Assembly: GCA_045837725.1 (NCBI GenBank)
Contig: JBEWZL010000238.1
Location: forward strand, 248,001 to 312,000
Length of the DNA stretch: 64,000 nt
Source of the DNA: Vermamoeba vermiformis
Taxonomy: Eukaryota
Direction of reading: 5' to 3'
Position numbers and translations under genes: made by a program. The notes beneath the pieces were generated by a model that was not told the DNA's origin, made no database searches, and was given only the letters and a program-made list of their open reading frames with translations. The stretch's first letter is position 1. Every line of letters begins with the position of its first letter. Of the stretch, positions 38,047-48,700 are shown piece after piece.

Positions 38047-38307
38047 AAAGTTGAATTAGATAAAATGAGATATCTCCCATTCTGAAAACAAAGTTGCTTC
38101 AAAATGATCAACTCACCTCAGGCAGTACCACGCACAAGGTCCGGTCGCCAAACACTCGAAAAAAAATTTTACATCTGTGATCTGAAAAAAAAATTTTACT
38201 GCCTGTGCACCGGACCATGCGGAACAGATTGCCTGAGGTGAGTTGTGCAAAATGAAGTCAAGTTGTTTTTTCAATGAGACGTATCTCATTTTATCTAATT
38301 CAACTTT
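38047..38307. mobile_element. 261-bp MITE, copy 1 (TIR AAAGTTGAATTAGATAAAATGAGA, 4-bp TSD CCCT)
   Basis: Perfect terminal inverted repeats of at least 24 bp; CCCT at 38043-38046 and 38308-38311; absent from the matching site in copy B. Confidence 0.97.
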
Positions 38308-40033
38308 CCCTTTTATACTGTCGATCTCATTCAAGGCCCAGGTTCTTATGGTTGTACCGATACTAATGTTCAGGTATTTGACTTACGAAAAATTAACAAC
38401 GTTAATTAATTTTGTAAAGCGGAACCAAAATTTCATTTCTAATTTAAAAATATTTACCTCCAATTTTTTTTGGTGAATTAGTAATAAAGCCTGTAATACT
38501 CGGTCTATAATTTGACCGCTTTCGCTTTCCTCGATCCGAACAAAATTGTACTAAAATAGTTATCCAGATTGGTCGGCCTTATGAATACAGGGTTAAATCA
38601 AGATTTTTCATTCGTTCTGGTGATAATAATTATCCTCCTCCCGATGGATATGTCGTGGCAGGAATTGATCTGCCATTGATCGAAAACAGAGGCCACGTAA
38701 TTCTTGTGGTAGCTTCGGATGCAGCGACAAACATGACTGAAGAGCTTGATCAGCTTAGAATGGACATGATTGGCGACGGATGGGAGGTTTCGAACATTGT
38801 AGTCGAACTCAACGATACGGGCAAGTTGCCAACAAAAAATACAACTAAAATCGATCCGAATCTAACTTCAGTCTTTAGTCCCCGATGTTCGCGACAAGAT
38901 TAAAGAAGCTCATAATAATCGCGACATGTCGACGATATTTTTGTTTGGAAATGTGGCTGTACCCTACAGTGGCAATCTTAATCCGGATGCACACCAAGAC
39001 CACCTTGGAGCTTGGCCCGCTGATGGTAAAGCTATAAGATGACTTCATAGATAAACTAATCTTCTATTAATCAGCTTTCTACACTTCGCTTAATGATAGC
39101 GTGTGGACTGATGAGCTCATCGACAACGCAGCTGCATCAGATCCGAGAAATCACAACGTTCCTGGTGACGGCAAATACGACGTTAGCAATCTAGGCTTCC
39201 TTCAGATATCTGAAAAAAACATATATATCCCATGGAGGCCTATAACTATTTCTCATTTGGAGGTAAGACGAAACGTCTATCTGGTTTACAGTCTGACGTT
39301 TTTCATCAGCTTGGACGAGTTAATTTGAAGCAATTTGACGGATTTTACGAAGTGGATTTATTAAGAAAGTATTTGAAGAAGAATCATGGGTACAGACATC
39401 GGGATCCCGAGTACACTTACGCGCAAAAAGCAGTCGTTAACGATGGTTGGAGATACGTTGCAGCATTGCAACCCGAAGCTAATGCAGCTCCTGCGTAAGT
39501 CTAAATGCAATATTGAATATAGTAATAATTAATTTGTTTTTCAGTTGGCGCTCTTTTCCTGGATTGGTCGGAATTGAAAATATCTATGAAGGAAACTTGT
39601 TTGAAGCTCTTTATAACGATACGCAAGTACTTTCGATATATGTTGCAGTACTAATGGTATATTTCAGAGCTATTCTTGCTTATGGAGTTGGTTACGGTAC
39701 TTACACCTCCGAGCAGTATGTTGGAAGCACTTACGATTGGCTGACAAAGACCGTTAAATCGCCTTTTCAATTCCATTATGGAAGTTACTTCCCTGATTGG
39801 GATATACCTAACAATTACTTGCGCTCTGTTATCGCTGGAAGTCACGCGTTGTCAGTGATGACTTCATCTCGCCCCCAAGCGTACTTCCATCATTTGAACA
39901 CGGGTACTCATATCGGAAAATCAGCTCGATTGACGACAATACATGAAGGCAAATATTATCCGGTAAGACTCACGCATAACAGAGGTTCAAAAAGTTCGAT
40001 ATCTGAGATATGTTCTTTTTAGGGTTATTATAT

Positions 40034-41599
40034 CCCTTTGATCCCTGCGCACGAAAAAAAATTAATTTCGGGCGAAGATATTGGTATTTCAATTAAATTG
40101 GGCATTTTTTTGCGCATTTATAAGCTATTTACACCTAGCTATAGGGAGGTTTTTGCTGAATTTCTTCGAGTAAAAAAAATAAATAAATTATTACTCGATC
40201 TGGTCTTTAACGCGTCGCTCTGTCTTTTATCTTTGATAATATTGATGAAATAGCATACAATTAACTTTAGCAAGCTTATCACTTGCTGCCCTGTAGTTGC
40301 GGGCGATTCGCTGCCAAAAAAATAGTCTTTTCGCTGGCAAAACCGATTTATTATTCACTCCGCAATCACAGTACCATGAAGCACGACCAAATCATCTACC
40401 AGAATAAGCTGGGGTGACACCAAATCACCTTGGCCGCGTCCACTGGAGATGCTGCGGCCACATTCATGGGAAATTATCGAACTGCAAGTTATATTTGGTT
40501 TGATAATCGGAAAAAAATTGTCTTATATATAGCCATGCATTGTCGATAAAATACTAGCTGAAGAGAAGCAAACAGGTATAAAAATTTCAGATTCGAATTT
40601 TTTAATTTTTAAATATTTTCTGCACGAGCACTGTTACAAATCAATGCTTCTAAACTTACACTTACCTTTATAGATTGCAGTTATTAAATTTAAATCATTA
40701 ATGTGCAAATTCTAACGGCTATATTTTTAGGCGGCAAGTTTTTCGCGCACGATCTGAATACAACAGGTATCGATGCGGTAAAACAATGCACTACGTAATT
40801 TTAAATGACTAATTCAATACGGAAACAGCAACGGTAAGTAATAATTTACGTACCATAGTTGCGGCGAATGCGTGCCAGCAAAATTCAAGTTTTTACAGTT
40901 CCAAGGTGAATTTCATCGCCTATCTAACACTGTGTATTATATTTAGGATTGTTAAAACTATTGGACACTATTAATTATCAATAAACAATGTTAAACAATC
41001 CGGCGTCTAAGGGTGAAACCTTAGCGCCGCTACAACGAGAAAGTTACGCGTTGATTCTCGACGATGTGGGTCAGAGTATGGTCTGGAGGTCGTGTTGCTT
41101 CGGTGACACCACTGGTTCGGAACAGCACTCTCACTGGCACTGAGTTGGATGGGCTAGAAAGTGACTTGTCACTTGCCGTAGCGGACACTCTTTTGTTGTA
41201 CGGTCTCCTTTATGGAGGGGTGTCATCTTGATGCCTGCGACCTTTATCTTGATGAATCGCATGGTTTTGGCCGTGTCAGTCACCTCAACGTGACTTCGAC
41301 ACTTGGATGGGTTAGGGCCCGGCCAAATTCCTCCCTATGAATACTTAGGCTTGCTCAACCAAGTCTTGTATTGCGATTTATCCCTTTTTAATGATAAAAC
41401 AAAGAAATAAGCTTGGGGAAGTGGATCGGATCCGGGGCTGATCTGGATCCACGCAGGGGTGTGGCGCACTGTCAATGGACATCGCCCAACAAAATTGTAC
41501 CATTTTTTGTACTACAGTCTCTTCTGGCGATTAACGGAAATCAAAGGTCCTGAATTTTTGTATAATTTTTATCTAAAAGCATTGGCCGGCCGAAGAGGG
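40034..41599 (+). mobile_element. 1566-bp non-autonomous element with CCCT...AGGG ends and ATAT TSD (piggyBac-like termini)
   Basis: ATAT at 40030-40033 and 41600-41603. Removing the element and one ATAT restores GGT TAT TAT ATG AAT TCA GTA ACG CAT, matching paralogs A and B. Confidence 0.92.
41001..41490 (+). ncRNA. Candidate structured RNA inside the 1566-bp element
   Basis: About ten consecutive hairpins, a C-UUCG-G tetraloop at 41098-41103, G-U pairs that favour the + strand, repeated CTCAAC loops and a repeated TTGGATGGGYTAG motif. Confidence 0.6.
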
Positions 41600-42390
41600 A
41601 TATGAATTCAGTAACGCATTCTTTACATGGAGGTACGTATTTTGATTTTTCAACGACTTGGTACTAACAATTGGTTTGTCGTGAGCAGATCCGACTCTTC
41701 GAATGTACGTTGTGGATGCACCTCGCAACGTCACTCGTGATAATTCTGAGAAAATTGGCCTGAAATTATCATGGAATGCATCATCAGATACAGTGCTTGG
41801 CTATCACGTGTACAGATCCACAGAGTCGTTTGATGGACCGTACATCAGAGTCACCGAAAATATCGTGAGTGACACCACTTTCACCGACATGCCTGCTGTT
41901 TCGGGAAAGATTTACTACATGGTACGAGCCATACAGCTGACAGAGACGCCGGCGACTACATTTTATAACCCAAGTCAAGCTGCTTTCTTCGAAACAACGT
42001 ACGTTGCGCCTCCACAAAGTCCCATACCGAAAACTAAACCAACCGTGGCATTCGCTTCAACTTTATCGGCACAACTGTTGCTCGTAGTAAGCTCTTTGAT
42101 CGTTACTCTTGTAGTCCTTTAGAAACAACCGTATTATTGTATTGTAATAAACATAAATATTCATTGCATTTCCTATTTTAATCGCAAAAGTTAATACGTC
42201 ACAACTTATCGCATGACATATTCATAGCCTGGCTTGGAAAATTCTTTTCTAGAAACAAGTACTATGTTTAAGTAACGCACCAAAAATACAATTTGTTGAA
42301 CGAGTTCGGGTTTTTATTTACAAATGCGTGGTCAAAAGTGTACAAGAACTCCGTTTCGAGCGAAATATAAACGGGTTTTAAAGTCGTTTT

Positions 42391-43609
42391 TTATACGCTG
42401 TGATGAACGCTCTTGTAGCTCTCGATCAAATCTTTGACTTGTGAAACATTTGGGATATTTTCGAAGGCGTACGGGTTAGCGTAAAGATTGCTTCTGATTG
42501 GATGAGCACCTATAATACGAAAATACATTAATATCCATACTATTTAGCGAAATATTAATAGCGGTGCGTACCAGCAAATGTCAAGCTAAATGTCAAAGTG
42601 CCAGATCCGTCTTCTTTTCTCGTCATCGAAATTTGCTGCAAGCCCTCGTAGTCACTCGAATGCACCAATACGGCATTTGATTCGCGAAATTTCGGAGTTA
42701 AAACGATCATGAAAATACGTTTGTTCGTGATGCCGTAGAGTTTGATGTCAGTTTTGAACAAGCGATAACATCCACCGATAAATAGCATAATCCTATTATA
42801 AGAGTAAATAATACTATATATGACATAGAATATGATATTACCATGATGCTACACATGCAACAGCAACCAGCAATGGCCAAGAAATATCGTTATCACAATA
42901 GACTCCAAAAAAGACAAGACTAGCAAGAGCTGCTAAACCAGATGAACCAAATGAATCTGCAGCTCGACGGTCTATATAAAATATTAGTATCATTAATTAT
43001 AAGGTTTTTAGCGTCGCTGATCGGATCTTACTTTGGATCGCAGGTTCGAATGCCCAAGCCAAGACTTCATCCGATTTAATTTCCGATAAAAGATGATTTT
43101 TATGCTCGCTTGATACTGTTATATTATCTGAAGGTGTAGGAGTAGGTGAGGTAATCAAAGGACGTCTACAAAAAGCAGATCAGCGATGGTCGTACCGTAG
43201 AAATAATTTGCGCGGCGATTTATTTTTGTAAATTTATCATAATTTAGTATTATAATTATCGATATGTCGCATAATAAAGTAGAAGAAATGTGCACAAAGC
43301 AATTTTTCAAACTTACGTTTCTGAATCGTATTTGGGCTTTCTTTTCTTGAAGCAGGCTAGTACCGTCATAAATATAGATAATAATAGCAACGTTCCACAG
43401 AAGATTACTGCGGGAATGAAAAAAAAACGTTAGATCGGTGCATTTAAAGCAGGCCTATCTCTTTAAATATATTCCTATGAGTATATATAATACTTACTTC
43501 CTCCGATTAAGGTTTCGCGGGGAACTGATGATCCGTAAGCCGGATTTGTTCTAGCAGATACGAATCCGATCCCCAGCAATAGGCAGAGTAATTGCGGTAT
43601 ATGCTTCAT
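42391..43609 (-). CDS. Multi-pass membrane protein with a C-terminal bacterial-PH-like domain
   Basis: Signal peptide MKHIPQLLCLLLGIGFVSA, TM segments, then LYGITNKRIF...DGSGTLTF...FENIPNVSQVKDLI. Confidence 0.65.
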
Positions 43610-44077
43610 ATGTTATTCGTTACGCTTTTTTTGTTATAATTGACCGATTGTTGCGTCTATTTTAACGTTAACCAGATATCTTTTCCTTTTTGCGATTTTT
43701 CGTTGCTCGAAAATAGCGTTGAAAAGTTTCATAATTATCTTTGCAAATTTCGCTTAATTTGCAGTACCCAAAGGTAAACTATGCACTTATAATCACTTTT
43801 GACGCATCACGGCTGAATTTGAAAATTGAAATCGCGAAAATGACGGCAAAGTCTCGGGTGCACCTTTATAGTTTATCGTTAATATTATCATTTTATAAAT
43901 AAATCAAGAGACGTAGAAAATAATTCATTATATGCATGCTAAATGATGCCATTAAGTTTGAGTAAAAGTGTCAAATCTGTCAGGATTTGGCCTTTCGGAT
44001 CGATTTGTTTGTAATTTTCATCATGGCTATTTGGTCGTACGATGCTATATATACATACCTTGTATTATCCGTTGATA

Positions 44078-45543
44078 TCAATAGAGAAGATTTCTGTTTC
44101 TAGTTTCAAAAAATTTCGCCATTTTCTCACGGGACTTTTGCAGCCCTTTGACATTCGTGCTTCCATTCAGATTAACGCTCCATACACAAAAATAATCCGG
44201 GCATATCAAGTCATGGTCTTGCATCGATACTGACTCGCATCTAATTATCTCCATTAAAGATCCGATACGGAAAAAATTGGACGGATCAATTTTTGGTACG
44301 TACCTTTTGCAACAATTTTGATGATAGTGCCTAGATAGACTCAAGAAGCAGAACGAATATATATAGTCCTTAATAATAAATATATAATTAGACATAAAAT
44401 TAAGGTACAAAAATTTGACGGTGTCAAAACTTACGATGACTGTCGAACAGTTCGGACAGACAACTTTGTTCCTCGAAATAAAATCATATACTTGGCCCTT
44501 ATATAGACAGCAGGGGTATAATAAATGTCTTCTAATCAACTATAAACAAAAAAAAATTAGTTTAATTCGTGATCTCAGATCCGATATTTGCGACAATCTT
44601 GAATATTGTGTATATGCATATGATACGTACCTTTTGCAATTGTCTCTTATTTCTAAATAAGGGAAAGTTGTCTTTCGCACAGGAAGTTAGATCCGTGTTA
44701 ACTGGAATTTTGAAGCCAATACTACGCAGTACATTGTACGGATTGCCTCGAAAATCTCTAGCTGCCTTATCTAGACATAATAAAATATTAATTATAGCTT
44801 AACTAATAAATATAGAAAGCTAGTAAATAGATCTCGTAGGAGAAAAAAAAAAGATCGAATTCGAAAATTAAGGCTTGCTGTAACTTGATGCAAAATGGAT
44901 TATAATAACTTACTATGCTTATTTTTCGCCGAATTTCTTGGAATATCTAATACAGACTCGTATTGAACGCATTTACAGCCACAGTCTTCATCGCAGCAGA
45001 TCTTGTTTTTGACGCACGAACAGTTATCCATGCATCCATCTATTATTATTAATATTAATGTAATGAATTATAATTCGCGCATATTTAAGTGGCCTTACCC
45101 GTGCATTTACAAGAGTAACTTTTTGTTAATGATTGTTTGGCCACTTTCCCGAAATCAAAATTGAGAGGTAACCACTAAAAATAATACAATGTTAGCTAAA
45201 TTTAATAATAATTATTATTATTAGTTGATTTTCAAGCGCAGTCCGAAAGTGCAATTTTCGGTCCCATCTCACTTTAGAAATCGCTTTTACTTACCGATAA
45301 GTCAAAAATTGTTAATCTAGCATATTGTTTCATCCAAAATGAATTATCAAGCAGATCTTTGAATTGCGTTACGGTAGATTTGGACGTGATCGACAAACTT
45401 ACCACTGATTTCAGTGGTATTTGCTCGATTATAATTAAAAATAATTCTCCAGGAAAATCCTGATAAATAACAACGTTAATATTTACATAAAAATGCCTTA
45501 GTACTCTAAATACCTGAAAAACGGATTTGACCGATTGTTCCAT
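44078..45543 (-). CDS. Hypothetical cysteine-rich protein with a CXC/tesmin-like cluster
   Basis: Exons give SCKCT|DGCMDNCSCVKNKICCDEDCGCKC and further CxxC pairs. Confidence 0.55.
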
Positions 45544-45762
45544 CTTATCTTCTCTGGAAGCTTCGTGGTTATTAAAGATCTGGTATCTACCTTATATAAT
45601 ATAAATAGACCAAAGTCTTTTTGCACGAGGGTTGGTGGTGAACTTGCGAAAAAGATTTCAATTAACCCAAAATTTTACTGGAGCGAAACACAATCCATAA
45701 ATAACCCTTGAAATAATATCGATACAGTTAGTATATAATTATCTTCAGTGGGTTAATAACAA

Positions 45763-48700
45763 ATGGAAAAAGAATTGCTGAGCGTCCCAACGCAATCTGG
45801 CTCAGCAACGCCAAACAAAGACGGCTCAAAATCACCAGGTCGTGAACTTAATTCGAAGAATTTAAGAAGATTATCAACCGATGGTAAATCTCCCACTGGA
45901 GACTCCCTCAGATCGAGCGGCAAAGTAAAGGTAACGTTAAAAATCTTACAAAATAAATAATTAATTTGCAAGTAAATAATATGGAATGTATATGCATATA
46001 GCATAATATGAAGGTTTTAAAATTTACTTTTATTTTTGAATCGAGTTCAATTTTTGATTTTGAGATTTTATTTTAATTTTCCGGTCGTTAATGAATTATA
46101 AATAGCCTCCGAGACCATCGACGCCCAATCCCTATATGCGCTTAATACTGATGCAACAAGAGCTCCAAAGATTACAAGCGGAGAATCAAAGTTTGAAAGA
46201 ACGCGTGAAATTGCTTGAATCCGGCAAATCCACTGGTGATTCTACTTCAACTCCAACCTCAGTACCCGCGATACCTTTATATGCCACACCGGCAGTATTC
46301 GAAAAAGAACGGTAGGTTAACGTTAAGGATCTGCCAAATCTACCAAAGATTTTCGGAATCTATTTTTGGAATTGAATAGATTCAAATTCATTAGCATACT
46401 TAAACATGATTACGTATATTAATGTAATTTTAATAGGCCTACTCGAATTTCCGTTCTTTCCACGCCAGATGCGTTCTACATCCGCGACGTTATCAACCCA
46501 TTAAATCAAGGCGCAGATTACGACTACTTAGTAATCAAGAAGCATAATGAGCGACCTGGTGTATTTGAAAAGAAGAAAGGTACCTTATTCTAAGCTTCTT
46601 TATCCAAGATCCGGCTCGATCTGATTAACGGTCGAACGAAATTTTTTTATGGCTGATACTTACAATAATTTAATTCTAGGAAAAGAATTGCCTAATGTCA
46701 ACGGAGAATTTATTCCCGCCCACGGACTTATGGGTATCATTAAGATCGAAAAAAAGTACTTTTTGATCGTTGTCACGGATGCCGAAGTCGTTGGCACTAT
46801 TAAAGGCTCGCAAATTTATAGGTACCTTCTAATTGCCTTATAAAGTAATATCATATCTTAAAATATTCTTGCAGAGTCGAAGAGGTTGAATTTTTGCCGT
46901 TCGGTACTGAAGTCAAATTCACGAAAGAAGACGGTGTGAAGCCAATGTAAGTGCAAAAATAGATCTGCAAATATTAATTTAGATTCTATTTTAAGAATTA
47001 AATGAAAATTGATTTTAACCTTTGAATTTTATAGCTACCAGAAATTGAAAAAGTTCTGCGAGAAAGGCGTGTTTTATTTCTCGTACGATTATCCGCTCAC
47101 TTTGTCGCTGCAAAAACAACAAGAATTGGGCGAGGACTTGAAGAAACAAGTAAGTACTAGTATTAAAAACCTTTGCATACTTTTATTCATCTGGCAAAAA
47201 TCTGTAATTTCGAAAAATTTTGCAAATCCGTTGAAATTTATCGACCGTTTGAGTGGATTAAATAACGTTGTTTGCAATATATATTCTAATATGGTTGATA
47301 TTATTCTTGTGTTCATTTTATATACGATTATCTATTGTATCGAGATCTAATGAACTTTTTGCCGCGCAGCCTCTGTGGCAAACAGCGGACAAGAGATTCT
47401 TCTGGAACCGATATTTGATGCGCCACTTCATCGACAACAACTGCAATGACTGGATCAATCCGATCATTCGTGGCTGCGTGCGATTAGAGTCCAATTACGA
47501 AGACATCATTCAACGAGCGCCGTCGAGTGCCATGGACGTGATCATCATTTCACGTGTCTCGTGCTTGTTTACTGGAAATCGATACAAAGCACGTGGTTTG
47601 AACGATGAAGGCGAGGTGGCACAGTTCGCTGAAACAGAACAAATTTTCACGATCGGTGACTCGGATCTGTTCTCTTACGTTCAAGTCCGCGGCTCCGTGC
47701 CCGTGTTTTGGGATCAAAAATATGATGGCCCAGTGGTACTTACTAGGTAAGTATATTTATTAATGTTCTATTTGATGAAGTACGACTAACTTTGTAATTT
47801 TTCACAGAAACTCTGAAGCGACCGTTCCAGCGTTCAAAAAGCATTTTGACTCGTTAATTCAGACTTACAAAGAAGTATCGATCATTGATTTGTTGCAAAA
47901 GAAGAAAAAAGAAGAAGAATTGTTGGCCAATGAATACGCCAAACAATTGGTACGCGAGATCGGATCATTTTTTTTCGCACAACTCAGCACTCATATTCTT
48001 TTTCAGGTATTATACAAAGGCCTCGATAAGAGCACTGTCGATTATGCAGCATTTGATCTCGAAGGAATCTCGGACAAAAAATCGAAAAATATTCCCAAGT
48101 TGATCAGCCTCGTAGAAAAAGATCTCGAAATGATGGGATACTTCCACATCAATACTGCTGAGAACAAAGTAATCTCGACGCAATCTGGCGTGTTCAGAGT
48201 GAACAGCATGGATTGTTTGGACCGGTATGTTTGACCCACCAGTCCTGCATTAGTAATCATTGCATTAATTTTCTTTTTATAGAACTAACTATGCTCAACG
48301 AGAGCTCGCGTTCCAAGTCTTGCAAAAGCAATATAAGAAATGGAGAGAGACTGGCAACCCCGACAAACCGTAAGTCAACCATCTCAAAATTTCACGTGCA
48401 ATTGCTTTCACGCGCTTGCCTAATCAGGATACGCCTCCTATACTATATTCGATTTATATTCTAATTAACTCATGTGCCAGTGTCCGTTTGTTGGAGCACG
48501 AGTTACAATCGCACAAAATTTCACATGACTGGAAGCCATTCAAACAGCTTTGGAACGTCAATGGTGACTCGTTGGAGAAGGCCTATTCGGGCATTAGAAT
48601 TAAGAAAAAGAAGGACAAGGGCAAGGACAAGAAAGAGTCTACTGCCAACAATATGCAGCGAGTATACGTAAGTCTAAAAATAGCCTCAAACACGCTGCTT

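Larger units (their letters stand above)
37797..42122 (+). pseudogene. Peptidase-C25-like + FnIII surface protein, copy C, disrupted by two transposon insertions
   Basis: Colinear with copy B. A MITE in exon 1 creates TAA at 38046-38048, and a 1566-bp element splits the GYYMNSVTHSLHG exon. Confidence 0.9.

Noticed and set aside
38047-38307. MITE acting as an introner (spliced out of the exon)
   Set aside because: There is no AG acceptor at its 3' end and it creates an immediate TAA, so it disrupts the gene.
41001-41490. Group I intron, hammerhead ribozyme or tRNA
   Set aside because: No P7 GACUA/UAGUC pair, no CUGANGA...GAAA core and no cloverleaf with a proper T-loop could be found by eye.
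32042-42122. Long direct repeats as assembly duplication or a CRISPR-like array
   Set aside because: The copies differ in introns, loops and insertions, so they are real diverged paralogs. There is no repeat-spacer periodicity.
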